Below, piece after piece: positions 1-9,337 of a DNA stretch of 64,000 nucleotides. A program made the translations under genes and the position numbers. The stretch's first letter is position 1, and each line of letters starts with the position of its first letter. Below the pieces are notes generated by a model, which saw nothing but the letters and a program-made list of their open reading frames with translations, was not told where the DNA came from and made no database searches. Source of the stretch: Pedomonas sp. (GTDB taxonomy: Bacteria > Pseudomonadota > Alphaproteobacteria > Sphingomonadales > Sphingomonadaceae); the NCBI RefSeq assembly GCF_036515995.1, contig NZ_DATBUP010000010.1, forward strand, positions 9,455-73,454, in the 5' to 3' direction.

Positions 1-573
1 GCCGGCGGTGCCGCCATACTGCTTCAGCAGATCACCGAAGAAGCCCTGCGGCGCGAACTGCTGGCCGAACGGCTGCTGCTGCTGTTGCTGGAACTGCTGC
101 ATCCGCTCGAGCAGGGGGAACTGCGGCAGGATTTGCTGCTGGAACAGTTGCTGCAGGACCGGGAACTGCTGCAGCTGCTGCTGGGCCTGTAGCAGTTGCT
201 GAAGGATCGGGTGCTGGCCCTGCTGGATGGCTTCCATCAGCGGGAACTGGGGTGCGCTCTGGAACGGCAGCAAGCCGCCGATCTGACCGGCGATATTGCC
301 GATGGACTGGCCGAGGCCCGGCTGGCCGAACAGGCCGCCGATAGCGCCACCGGCGGAGCCGCCATACTGCTTCAGCAGGTCACCGAAGAAGCCTTGCGGC
401 TGGAACTGCTGACCGAACGGCTGTTGTTGAAGCTGCTGCAGCAGCAGCTGTTGCAGGATCGGGAATTGCTGAAGCTGCTGGAGCTGCTGCTGCAATGGAA
501 ATTGCATCGCTCCGTCAGGAGCACCGAAGGGGGTAGAGCCAAAGGACGGCTGGCTTGTGAGCATGTCGATCAT
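1..573 (-). CDS. Gln/Gly/Leu/Phe-rich internally repetitive protein, N-terminal 191 codons (ORF runs off the window start)
   Basis: Absent from the supplied track because it is open to the window edge. ATG at 573-571 has GAGG 5 nt upstream. The frame is open to nt 1 and third codon positions are almost all G/C. Translation: MIDMLTSQPSFGSTPFGAPDGAMQFPLQQQLQQLQQFPILQQLLLQQLQQQPFGQQFQPQGFFGDLLKQYGGSAGG... There is a 116-codon internal repeat. The plus ORF 196..699 is its exact antisense. Confidence 0.6.
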   Translation of the reverse strand, partial: MIDMLTSQPSFGSTPFGAPDGAMQFPLQQQLQQLQQFPILQQLLLQQLQQQPFGQQFQPQGFFGDLLKQYGGSAGGAIGGLFGQPGLGQSIGNIAGQIGGLLPFQSAPQFPLMEAIQQGQHPILQQLLQAQQQLQQFPVLQQLFQQQILPQFPLLERMQQFQQQQQQPFGQQFAPQGFFGDLLKQYGGTAG

Positions 574-890
574 GTAGACCTCGCTTCAAAAGGAAGAGGT
601 GAGTTTTCAAGGGGGAAATGCAGAGTGAGCAAAACGCAACTCACAGAAGGTGCTGAAGCGGACACTACCGAAAATGTAAAAGCTCAATCGAAAATATAAT
701 GCGCAGGTTTATTCAAATTAAAACAAATTGTATTTATTTGTTCATCTGAAAATCGTGAACTTGGGTAAGTTATATATCCATTTTATGATGTTCTACTAAG
801 AAAACACCGGCGTACCGAAAATTTCAATTACGGGAAGCATTGCTTTTGCTTCCCGCCTGTCGGTGCGCAGATTTGGAAAGTGAACAACAG

Positions 891-930
891 CCCAAAAAAT
901 TAAGGCGACAGCCGAACCGGTCGCCGCCTT
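891..930 (-). terminator. Rho-independent terminator downstream of phoX
   Basis: On the minus strand: stem GGCGAC/GTCGCC (extendable to AAGGCG../..CGCCTT), 10-nt loop, followed by TTAATTTTTTGGG. Confidence 0.6.
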
Positions 931-1110
931 GAGGCGTCATGAATGACGCTCGCCTGCAGCCAGCCAGTTCCTAGATTTCATCTGGCCCGTCTGGCTTCGC
1001 ATCACGTCACTCATGGCGTTTAACTCCAGAATGGTACTTTTGGTCCATATCTGATGTGAAATTATAACTTATATGGTTCTCTCTCCGTATCGAGCCGGAT
1101 GGGTTATGTG

Positions 1111-3051
1111 TTAGCCGCCGATCCGTCCGCCATCGTTGCGGGTAATCAGCACGACGGACGGGCGCGGCGGCGTGCTCGGTTTGAAGTCCGGCCAGCGGGT
1201 TGCGGGGTCTTCGAAAGAGGACGCGCGCTCGAAGCCCGGATAGCTGGAGGTGCCGTCAGCACCCGGATGCTGCACCGAGAGGAAGAGCGCGCGACCGTCC
1301 GGCGCGAAGCACGGGCCGCACATCTCCGCGCCCACCGGAACGCGGAAGAACATGCGGCTGGTGGCGCGGCCGTCCCCTTCGGTCTCGACGGCGTAGAGAC
1401 CGTCCGCCGTGCCGGTCAGCGGCCAGTTGGAGCCCTGATCGGTGGAGACCCACAGGCGGCCCTCCATGTCGATCGCACCGTTGTCGGGCGAGCCGAACCA
1501 GCCGTTGGCGGAGGTGGCGGGATTGTACGTGGCGCCGACAGTCGCAACGGCGGGGTCGCCGCAGCGCAGCAGGATGTCCCACCGGAACGTGTCCGCCGTG
1601 TGGTCCGCGTCCGGTGCGATCATTTCGACGATGTGGCCGAAGGCGTTGCGGGCGCGCGGGTTGGCAGGGTTTACCTCCACATCCTGACGGCGGGTGTTGT
1701 TGGTCAGCATGGCATAGACGCGCCCGTTGGTGGGGTGCGGCTGCACGTCCTCCGGCCGGTCCATCGGCGTCGCGCCCAGCAGGGTGGCGGCGCGGCGCGC
1801 CTCGATCAGCACGTCGGCTTGTGAGTCAAAGCCATTGGCGGCGGTCAGCGGGCCGCTGCCGTGCACCAGCGCCAGCCAGTGCAGTGTGCCGTCCGCATCG
1901 AAGCGGGCGGCGTACAGGGTGCCTTCATCCAGCAGATCCATGTTGGCGTCGCGGTTGCTTGGGTCGAAGCGACCCTTGGTGACGAAGCGGTAGATGTATT
2001 GGAAGGTCTCGTCATCGCCCGAGTAGAGCACCACCCGGCCATCCTTGTTGAGCACGCTCTCCGCGCCTTCGTGCTTGAAGCGGCCGAGCGCAGTGCGCTT
2101 CTTCGGCGTGGACATGGGATTGCGCGGGTCGATCTCGACCACCCAGCCGAAGCGGTTGGGCTCGTTCGGCTCGTGGCTGACATCGAAGCGCTTCTGGATC
2201 AGGGCGAAGCGCGACACGCTCCCCGCGCCGATGCCGTAGTCGAAGTAGGCGCGGGTTTCGGGGTGGCCTTCGGGCAGCTGGCCGCCGAAGTAGCCGTCGA
2301 AATTCTCCTCGCCCGCCAGATAGGTGCCCCACGGCGTGACGCCGCCGGCGCAGTTGTTGATGGTACCGATGACGTGGCGGCCCTTGGGGTCGGCCTTGGT
2401 TTGCAGGCGCGGGTGGCCCGCCGCCGGGCCGGTGAGCAGGAACGGGGTCGAGCGGGCGGTGATGCGGCGGTTGCGCATGCTGTCAGGCACGATCGCCCAG
2501 CCTGCGCCCTTGCGCTGCACCTCGATGACCGAGACGCCATGGGCCGCCAGTTCGATGTCCGCCATCTGGGGCGTGTAGGCGTCCATGTTGAACTGGCCTT
2601 CGGCGTCAACCAGGCCGGGGAACATGAGCGTCGGGATGGTGTACTCGTGGTTCACGCACAGCAGGCCCCGGTCAGCCGACAGCGGCACGAAGCCGATGTA
2701 ATCGCAGTTGTAGCCGAACTGGAGTTCCTGCGCCGCCACGGTCTGGTGACGCGGATCGAACGGCGGGGCAGCCGGCGTGACCGGATCGCCCCAGCGCAGG
2801 AACACATCCGCTGTATAGCCGGGGGCGACATGGTGGGTCTCGTCAACGCCATGCGCCACTTCCTCGAAGGCGAACGGCGCGGGGGACGCCGCGGCGTCGG
2901 TTGTAGCAGCAGCGGAAGCGGGGGCGGGGCGGAATGCAGGCGGCAGGGCGGCCAGCGCAGCCATGGCCAGGGCGCCGCGCAGCGCATCGCGGCGGCCGAA
3001 GCGGACGCCAACCACATCTTCAAAGCTGGTATTACCGCGGGATTCGTTCAT
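1111..3051 (-). CDS. phoX: Alkaline phosphatase PhoX (DUF839 family), Tat-exported
   Basis: 646 aa. Twin-arginine signal (FGRRDALRGALAMAALAAL...ASA). PhoX-type N-terminal block FAFEEVAHGVDETHHVAPGYTADVFLRWGDPV and the length are typical of PhoX. Confidence 0.88.
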   Translation of the reverse strand: MNESRGNTSFEDVVGVRFGRRDALRGALAMAALAALPPAFRPAPASAAATTDAAASPAPFAFEEVAHGVDETHHVAPGYTADVFLRWGDPVTPAAPPFDPRHQTVAAQELQFGYNCDYIGFVPLSADRGLLCVNHEYTIPTLMFPGLVDAEGQFNMDAYTPQMADIELAAHGVSVIEVQRKGAGWAIVPDSMRNRRITARSTPFLLTGPAAGHPRLQTKADPKGRHVIGTINNCAGGVTPWGTYLAGEENFDGYFGGQLPEGHPETRAYFDYGIGAGSVSRFALIQKRFDVSHEPNEPNRFGWVVEIDPRNPMSTPKKRTALGRFKHEGAESVLNKDGRVVLYSGDDETFQYIYRFVTKGRFDPSNRDANMDLLDEGTLYAARFDADGTLHWLALVHGSGPLTAANGFDSQADVLIEARRAATLLGATPMDRPEDVQPHPTNGRVYAMLTNNTRRQDVEVNPANPRARNAFGHIVEMIAPDADHTADTFRWDILLRCGDPAVATVGATYNPATSANGWFGSPDNGAIDMEGRLWVSTDQGSNWPLTGTADGLYAVETEGDGRATSRMFFRVPVGAEMCGPCFAPDGRALFLSVQHPGADGTSSYPGFERASSFEDPATRWPDFKPSTPPRPSVVLITRNDGGRIGG

Positions 3052-3103
3052 CGGGAGACGCCTTGTACAGAAGTTCGTTTCCCGGCGGCCTTAACCCGGC
3101 GCT

Positions 3104-3130
3104 ATTGCAGTTTGATGACCCTGCGTGACG
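3104..3130 (-). promoter_or_regulatory. Candidate Pho box upstream of phoX
   Basis: The minus strand reads cGTCACgcaggGTCATcaaacTGCAAT. These are three direct half-site-like repeats phased 10-11 bp apart, about 55-80 nt upstream of the phoX ATG. The pattern resembles the CTGTCAT-N4-CTGTCAT logic of PhoB sites. Confidence 0.3.
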
Positions 3131-3161
3131 AAACCCCGAGAGCCACGGTGTAACGAGCCGT

Positions 3162-5222
3162 TCAGGCGGCCACGGACGCGGTGAGGAAGGGCTGGAGCGC
3201 CTCCACCGGCAGCGGCGGGCTGATGAGATAGCCCTGCACGGTCTGGCACTGGCGGGCGCGCAGGAACTCCAGTTGCTCGGAGGTTTCCACGCCCTCGGCC
3301 GTGACGGCCAGGTTCATGGAGTGAGCCAGTTCCAGAATGGCGGCAACGATGGCGTCGCCCTCCTCGCTCGCATTCAGATCCTGCACGAACGAGCGGTCGA
3401 TCTTCAGCTTGCTGACCGGCAGTTGCTTCAGCACCGCCAGCGAGGAATAGCCGGTGCCGAAGTCATCCACCGCCACATGAACGCCGAGGTCGCGCAACCG
3501 CTGGAGACGACCGCGAATGGCCTCGAAATCGCTCATGATGACGGATTCGGTGACTTCCAGCTCGAGGCACTCCGCCGGCAGGCCGGTCTCGGCCAGCACA
3601 CAGGCAACTTCCTCAACGAAGCTGTCGTCATCCATCTGCCGCGCGGAGACGTTGACGGCAATCTTGATCGGGAACGGCGATGTCCGGTTCCAGCGCGCGG
3701 CCTGGGCGCAGGCGGTGCGCAGCACGAAGCAGCCGAGTTCTGCAATCAAGCCGGTTGCCTCGGCCAGCGGCACGAACTGCGCGGGCGATACCGCACCCAG
3801 CTCGGGGTGCGACCAGCGTGCCAGCGTCTCGAAGCCCACCAGCGCCTTGTCGCTGGTCCGCACCACGGGCTGATAATGCACCGTGAGCCCGCCGGTGCGC
3901 AGGGCCGTCGCCAGCTCCTGCTCCATGTACGCACGCTCGCGGAAAGCCTCGTTCATGCCGGACTCGTAGAAGCCCAGAGCCTGCCCGTCGTCCCGTGCCC
4001 GCGCCAGAGCGAGCTCGGCATAGAGCACCAGCTTCTCGGCGACCTCCCCATCGTTGGGAGCAATTGCCGCGCCCATGACGGAGCTGAGAGGAATGTTCTC
4101 GCCGTTCAGCTGAACAGGCTGGTTCGCGGTCTGACAGATGCGGTTCGCCAGTTCCTGAGCGGCCTCGACACTGGCGAGCGACGAAACGGCGATGGCGAAG
4201 TCATCGCCGGCGAAACGGGAGACGATGCCCCGGCGGCCGGCGACGAACTCCAGCCGATGGCCGAGGATGTTCAGGATCTGATCGCCAAGGACGCCGCCAT
4301 AGACGTTGTTGATTTCCTGGAAGCGGTTGATGTCCAGACGGGCAACCAGCAGGACGCTCTCCGACGCGCTGAGCTGCTCGACCTTGGCATGAAGTATGTT
4401 CATGAACTTGGCGCGGTTCGGAAGCCCGGTCAGGGAATCGAAATAGGTCAGCCGTTCGATGCGGCTGTCCTTCTCCTTGGTGTGGCTGATGTCCATGGCC
4501 ACGCCCACCACCCGCAGGGGCTTGCCCTTGTCATCCGAGAGCAGACGGCCGCGCACCTCGAACCAGGCGTAGGTGTTGTTGCGGCGCCGAACACGATACT
4601 GAACGGTGTGCTCTTCATCTGGCTCTTGCAACACGCGGCAGATGACGTTGCCGAACAGGGACTGGTCCTCGGGGTGGACGCGCTCGAGCAAGGCGCCCCA
4701 GGTTGAGGGCGCGTCGAACTTCTCGCCCAGCAAGCCGGCCAGCTGCTCTGACAGGTAGAAGCTGCGCGTCGGGAAATGCCACTCCCACACTCCGCTCTTG
4801 GCAGCGGTGAGGGCGATGCCAAGGCGCTCCGCATTGCGCTGCGCGATGAACTGGTCATTCAGCGTGCGGCGCAGGGACCATTTCAGCAGCCCGTACATCA
4901 ATGCAGCGGTCAGGGCCGTGTAGGTCATGCCCTTGAGCATATTGAGATGAAGAAGATGTTCGGCGCTGCCGGTGAGGGAGCTGAGGACGCCGTCGGTCAG
5001 AAAGAGCCAGAGAATGCTGATGAGGGCAAAGATCAGCCCGGCGCGGATCGGCAGCCGCTGCAGAAAGGCGTGGCTGTCTTCATAGGCGGTTGGCGGAATG
5101 ACGGGAGAGTCGCGCGTCGGAAGGCCCACCGAGGTTGCGTGATCAGGAACCCGAGCGCATCCGCCCGTGCACTGCGCTGGATCTCGCTGGTCACAGGACG
5201 CAACCGACATAACGGAACTCAA
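3162..5222 (-). CDS. Membrane-anchored PAS-GGDEF-EAL protein (degenerate GGDEF, probable c-di-GMP phosphodiesterase)
   Basis: 686 aa with N-terminal TM helices and a PAS-like region. GGDEF-domain block LTGLPNR...RFAGDDFAI (AGDDF replaces GGDEF). EAL-domain blocks ETLARW, ELEVTES, DDFGTGYSSL, KIDRSFV, EGVET. The start codon is uncertain. Confidence 0.85.
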   Translation of the reverse strand: MSSVMSVASCDQRDPAQCTGGCARVPDHATSVGLPTRDSPVIPPTAYEDSHAFLQRLPIRAGLIFALISILWLFLTDGVLSSLTGSAEHLLHLNMLKGMTYTALTAALMYGLLKWSLRRTLNDQFIAQRNAERLGIALTAAKSGVWEWHFPTRSFYLSEQLAGLLGEKFDAPSTWGALLERVHPEDQSLFGNVICRVLQEPDEEHTVQYRVRRRNNTYAWFEVRGRLLSDDKGKPLRVVGVAMDISHTKEKDSRIERLTYFDSLTGLPNRAKFMNILHAKVEQLSASESVLLVARLDINRFQEINNVYGGVLGDQILNILGHRLEFVAGRRGIVSRFAGDDFAIAVSSLASVEAAQELANRICQTANQPVQLNGENIPLSSVMGAAIAPNDGEVAEKLVLYAELALARARDDGQALGFYESGMNEAFRERAYMEQELATALRTGGLTVHYQPVVRTSDKALVGFETLARWSHPELGAVSPAQFVPLAEATGLIAELGCFVLRTACAQAARWNRTSPFPIKIAVNVSARQMDDDSFVEEVACVLAETGLPAECLELEVTESVIMSDFEAIRGRLQRLRDLGVHVAVDDFGTGYSSLAVLKQLPVSKLKIDRSFVQDLNASEEGDAIVAAILELAHSMNLAVTAEGVETSEQLEFLRARQCQTVQGYLISPPLPVEALQPFLTASVAA

Positions 5223-5420
5223 CCTCTACGAACCGGAAACCGACTCAAAAACAATCGAAGCCGTGTTACCTAAGCAACCTACGTGAATTGCAAATGAATG
5301 CTTAAACTCCAATCCTAAATGATGTGCTAACTCCGCAACATAGAGTTTGCGCCGGGCCCCCAACAACCTGCTGCTCAGCCATGTTGCGGCCGGAACAGCA
5401 GCAAAAGTTGCCAATGATTC

Positions 5421-5945
5421 TCAGATCCTTTCGGACTGCTCGACCGCAGCCCTGTAGTGCGCTGCGGAGGGCTCGCTGAAGCAGACGAAAACCACCTGCT
5501 CGATTGCATCTGGATGCCGGTCCAGCCAGTCGAGCGTGGTGCGCGCGGCAATGCGCGCGGCCTTGTCTGCCGGATAGCCGTAAACGCCAGTGGCGATGGC
5601 CGGAAAGGCGATGGTCCTGATGCCATACGTTGCTGCCAGATCAAGGCTGCTGCGGTAGCAGGCTGCCAGCAGGTCGGTCTCGCCTGCATCGCCGCCGCGC
5701 CAGATCGGGCCGACGGTGTGAATCACATGCCGGGCGGGCAGGTTGTAGCCCCTGGTGATCCGCGCCTCGCCGGTGGGGCAGCCGCCGATGCCGCGGCATT
5801 CCTCCAGCAAACCGGGACCGGCCGCGCGGTGAATCGCGCCGTCAACGCCGCCGCCGCCCAGAAGGGACTCGTTTGCGGCGTTGACGATGGCGTCCACCTG
5901 AAAGGTTGTAATGTCGCCGGTTACGACTTTCAGCCTATCTGACAT
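5421..5945 (-). CDS. Macro domain protein (O-acetyl-ADP-ribose deacetylase, YmdB-like)
   Basis: Trimmed to MSDRLKVVTGDITTFQVDAIVNAANESLLGGGGVDGAIHRAAG (macro-domain signature). GGAGAGG RBS lies upstream of the ATG at 5945. The track ORF's extra 77 N-terminal codons look non-coding. Confidence 0.85.
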   Translation of the reverse strand: MSDRLKVVTGDITTFQVDAIVNAANESLLGGGGVDGAIHRAAGPGLLEECRGIGGCPTGEARITRGYNLPARHVIHTVGPIWRGGDAGETDLLAACYRSSLDLAATYGIRTIAFPAIATGVYGYPADKAARIAARTTLDWLDRHPDAIEQVVFVCFSEPSAAHYRAAVEQSERI

Positions 5946-6054
5946 GTTTGACCTCTCCTCGCCTGCGGCTAATCTTCTGCAAGATCTAGCCGCTTGTCCC
6001 GCAAAGGAAACAGGCGGTACAGGGCGGTGCCAGAGAGAGGGCCGGGAGGGATTG

Positions 6055-6915
6055 ATGATTGAAGATACGGACTGGATTTCCACTGCCCAATGGTCTCGCC
6101 GGCAGGCGCTGGGCGCGGGTGCTGCCGCTGCTGCCGGTTTTGCGCTGGCGGCCGGGCCGGTTTCCGCCGCTGCCATCCAGACGGATACCCAAGGGCTGGA
6201 AGCCGGCTGGGTGCAGGTGCCGACCGGTGACCGCGCCGTACCCGCCTATCGTGCCAAGCCCGCAGGCGGCGGCCCGCGCCCGGTCATCATCGTGGTGCAG
6301 GAGATCTTCGGCGTTCATGCCTGGATTCAGGACATCGTGCGCCGCTTCGCCAAGGCGGGATACTATGCCATCGCGCCGGACTGCTACGTGCGGCAGGGCG
6401 ATGCCACCAAGGTTGCGGACACTCCGACGCTGGTGCGCACCATCGTCTCCAAGGTGCCGGACACGCAGGTGATGAGCGACCTTGACGCGACCGCCGCCTT
6501 CTCGGCGACGGACGGCGGCAATGCCGAGCAACTGGGCGTGACCGGCTTCTGCTGGGGCGGGCGTATCACATGGCTCTACACCGCCCACAATCCGGCGGTG
6601 AAGGCGGGCGTTGCCTGGTACGGCCGCCTGCGCGGCGAGCCCAACAGCCTGCAACCCACCTACCCGGTGGACGTGGCGGGTCAACTGAAGGGCCCCGTCC
6701 TCGGTCTCTACGGCGGACAGGACAAGGGCATTCCGCTGGAAGACGTGGAAGCCATGCGCGTGGCGCTGGCGCAGGCCAACTCTCCCTCGCAAATCATCGT
6801 CTATCCGGAAGCCGAACACGGCTTCCTTGCGGACTATCGCCCCAGCTACAACCAGCAGGCTGCCACCGCCGCGTGGAAGGAAACCCTCAGCTGGTTCGGC
6901 AAGCACCTTCGGTAG
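6055..6915 (+). CDS. Dienelactone hydrolase family protein, Tat signal
   Basis: Trimmed to MIEDTDWISTAQWSRRQALGAGAAAAAGFALAAGPVSA (RR signal), with GGGAGGG RBS. DLH blocks VIIVVQEIFGVH and GFCWGG (Cys nucleophile). Confidence 0.85.
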   Translation: MIEDTDWISTAQWSRRQALGAGAAAAAGFALAAGPVSAAAIQTDTQGLEAGWVQVPTGDRAVPAYRAKPAGGGPRPVIIVVQEIFGVHAWIQDIVRRFAKAGYYAIAPDCYVRQGDATKVADTPTLVRTIVSKVPDTQVMSDLDATAAFSATDGGNAEQLGVTGFCWGGRITWLYTAHNPAVKAGVAWYGRLRGEPNSLQPTYPVDVAGQLKGPVLGLYGGQDKGIPLEDVEAMRVALAQANSPSQIIVYPEAEHGFLADYRPSYNQQAATAAWKETLSWFGKHLR

Positions 6916-6930
6916 TACGGCGGGCTCTTC

Positions 6931-6951
6931 GTGGGGGTTTATAACCCCCAC
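6931..6951. repeat. REP-like GC hairpin, copy 1, between convergent genes
   Basis: GTGGGGGTT-TAT-AACCCCCAC followed by ACTCCCC. Same architecture as 23502..23523 and 47630..47653. Confidence 0.45.
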
Positions 6952-7005
6952 ACTCCCCTTCGTTTATCGGATCGTGCGCGGCAAAAACTGAAAAATCGAG
7001 AAACT

Positions 7006-8139
7006 CTAGAATGCCCGCCCGGACGCTTCGGCGTAGAGGCGGGCGTAGGTGTCCACCATCACGTCCTGCGTGAACTCGGCCTCGACGCGGGCGCGGTTGG
7101 CTCTGCCGATGCGGGCGCGCAGATCAGCATCGCTCAGCAGAGTGCTGAGCGCCGTGGCGAAGGCGGCTTCGTCTGTCGCGGGCACGACGAAGGGCGCGTT
7201 TTCGTCTGCGATGATCTGGGAGATGTCGCCCACGTTGGTGCAGGCGGCGGGCAGACGCGCGGCCATGGCCTCGACGAGGCTGATGGGGAACTGCTCGGTG
7301 TCTGACGAGATGGCGTAGACATCGAACAGGCCCACGTAGCGCGCGGGGTTGGTCAGGTAGCCGGGCATCACCAGCCGGTCGGAGATGCCGTGGGCGGCAG
7401 CCTCGGCCTTGATCCGCTCTTCTTCCGGCCCTTGCCCGCCGATGATGAGCCAACAGTCCGTGCGGCCACGCGTGGCCGCAGCAAAGGCGCGCACAAGACG
7501 CGGCAGGTTCTTCACGTCGCGCAGGCCCGCCAGCGTGCCGACCACCAGATCGCCCGGTTTCTTTACAAAGCCGGGAATGGCGTCAGGCGGGGGCGGTGTG
7601 TCGAACGGACCGACATTGACGCCATTGGGGATGAAGCGCACGCGGGAGCGGGGCTGGCCCCAGTCATTCAGGGCGATGCGCTCGATCAGGCGGGAACAGG
7701 CGACAACCGCATGCGCGCCCGGCAGAGCAAGGCGGCGGAAGTGGTTGCGGCGGGGCAGGGTGGCGGTGGCTTCTTCCGGTCCGAAGCCGTCCTCATGATG
7801 AACCAGCGGCAGGCGTCCGAACAAACGGTTGGCCATGGCCACTTCGATGCTGCCCCAGTTGTAGGTGAGCACGAGATCAAAATTGCCGCGGCGCAGGTAT
7901 CGGCCGATGTCCCACAGGCGCACCGGAAGGGACGGACCCTTGAAGCGGCAGGGCGCATCCGGAAATTCCACCGGCACGGCGGGGTCCAGCAGCTTCTGAG
8001 CAGCAAGCTGCCCGGCGAGGGTGGGCAGGATGGTGTGGTGAACACGGGGTCCGAAGGCATTCATCAACCGGGCGGTGCGGGTTTCCGCACCGCCCAGGTT
8101 GAATGTCGGCATGACATGAAGCCAGCGGGGCCGGTTCAT
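7006..8139 (-). CDS. Glycosyltransferase, GT4 (GT-B fold) family
   Basis: 377 aa. N-terminal HVMPTFNLGGAE block and a C-terminal E-x7-E-like region (SSDTEQFPISLVEAMAARLP) typical of GT4 enzymes. Confidence 0.8.
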   Translation of the reverse strand: MNRPRWLHVMPTFNLGGAETRTARLMNAFGPRVHHTILPTLAGQLAAQKLLDPAVPVEFPDAPCRFKGPSLPVRLWDIGRYLRRGNFDLVLTYNWGSIEVAMANRLFGRLPLVHHEDGFGPEEATATLPRRNHFRRLALPGAHAVVACSRLIERIALNDWGQPRSRVRFIPNGVNVGPFDTPPPPDAIPGFVKKPGDLVVGTLAGLRDVKNLPRLVRAFAAATRGRTDCWLIIGGQGPEEERIKAEAAAHGISDRLVMPGYLTNPARYVGLFDVYAISSDTEQFPISLVEAMAARLPAACTNVGDISQIIADENAPFVVPATDEAAFATALSTLLSDADLRARIGRANRARVEAEFTQDVMVDTYARLYAEASGRAF

Positions 8140-8149
8140 CCGTCCGAAC

Positions 8150-9337
8150 TCAGTCCAGCGCGTACACGAGGAACTTGAGGTAGGCGGTCTGCGGCAGCAG
8201 CGGGTGGACCGGGTGGTCCGGACCGGCAGCGGCCGAGTGGATCAGCCGTGCCGCGCGCCCGCCGGTGCGGATGCCCGCGCTGGTGGCTTCCTGGAAGGAT
8301 TCCGCCGTAATGTGATGGCTGCACGAGGCGATGCACAGCAGGCCATCCGGGGCAACGCGCTGCACGGCGAGGCGTGCCAGCTTCTCGTAGCCCTTCATGG
8401 CGGAGGGAACGTCCTTGCGCGTCTTGGCGAAGGCCGGCGGATCGGCCACCACCACGCCATAGTGGCGGGTGTCGTTCTGGAGATATTCGAACACTTCCGC
8501 CGTCTGCGTGGTCACGCGGTCGGCAAGGCCATTGGCCTCGGCCGCCTTGTTCGCCAGCGTCAGCGCGGATTCGGAGCGATCGACAGCGGTCACGCTGGTC
8601 GCGCCGCCCTGCGCCGCCGCCAGTGCGAAGGCACCGGCGTAGGTGTAGAGGTCCAGCACGTCCTGCCCCTTGGAGAGGCGGGAGACGAAGGCGCGGTTCA
8701 GGCGGTGGTCGAAGAACCAGCCGGTCTTCTGGCCGCCGGTAATGTCACCAAAGTAGGTGAGGCCGTTCTCTTCCAGCTGCACCGGACCATCGATGGCGCC
8801 AACCGGCACTTCGCTCAGCGGCTCAAGGCCTTCCAGCACGCGGGCCGGGCCGGTGGAGATGAGCGCGATGTTCGCGGGACTCAGCACCGACTGCAGGGCC
8901 TCGATGATAAGGTCCTTGTGCGCGTCCATACCCGCCGTGTTCGGCTGAACCACGAGGGTGTCGCCATAGCGGTCGACGATGAGGCCGGGCAGGAAATCGC
9001 CCTCGCCGTGCACCAGCCGGTAGAACGGGCGGTCGAACAGGCGCTCACGCAGAGCCAGAGCCTTCTCGATCCGCTCCTTGAAGTAGCGGAAATCGATCGA
9101 GCGGCTGTGGTTGCGGGTGAGCAGGCGCGCCGCGATCAGCGAATGGGGGTTGAAGTGGTACAGGCCCAGCAGGCGTCCGTCGGCTTCGGCCAGCCGCACC
9201 ACGGTGCCGGGCGCGATGGCGCGCACGTCTGCCGAGAACTGGATCTGGTTGGAGAACACCCAGGGTCGACCGCGCACGGCAGAGGGCTTGGTGCTGCGGG
9301 CAAGGAAAATTTTCGGTTCGTTTTCTTCGGAGGTCAT
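8150..9337 (-). CDS. Class I SAM-dependent rRNA (m5C) methyltransferase, RlmI-like (PUA + MTase)
   Basis: 395 aa. SAM motif VLDLYTYAGAFALAAA, catalytic-region ADPPAF and CSCSH-like IASCSHH. Length and architecture match RlmI/YccW. Confidence 0.78.
   Translation of the reverse strand: MTSEENEPKIFLARSTKPSAVRGRPWVFSNQIQFSADVRAIAPGTVVRLAEADGRLLGLYHFNPHSLIAARLLTRNHSRSIDFRYFKERIEKALALRERLFDRPFYRLVHGEGDFLPGLIVDRYGDTLVVQPNTAGMDAHKDLIIEALQSVLSPANIALISTGPARVLEGLEPLSEVPVGAIDGPVQLEENGLTYFGDITGGQKTGWFFDHRLNRAFVSRLSKGQDVLDLYTYAGAFALAAAQGGATSVTAVDRSESALTLANKAAEANGLADRVTTQTAEVFEYLQNDTRHYGVVVADPPAFAKTRKDVPSAMKGYEKLARLAVQRVAPDGLLCIASCSHHITAESFQEATSAGIRTGGRAARLIHSAAAGPDHPVHPLLPQTAYLKFLVYALD

Noticed and set aside
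196-699. Listed plus-strand ORF (167 aa, Leu/Gln/Glu-rich, coiled-coil-looking) at the left edge
   Set aside because: It uses the same codon blocks as the minus-strand frame but in antisense, because CAG/CTG repeats are open on both strands. The minus frame has the G/C third-position bias, a proper RBS-ATG at 573, and stays open to the window edge. The plus ORF runs on into AT-rich non-coding DNA.
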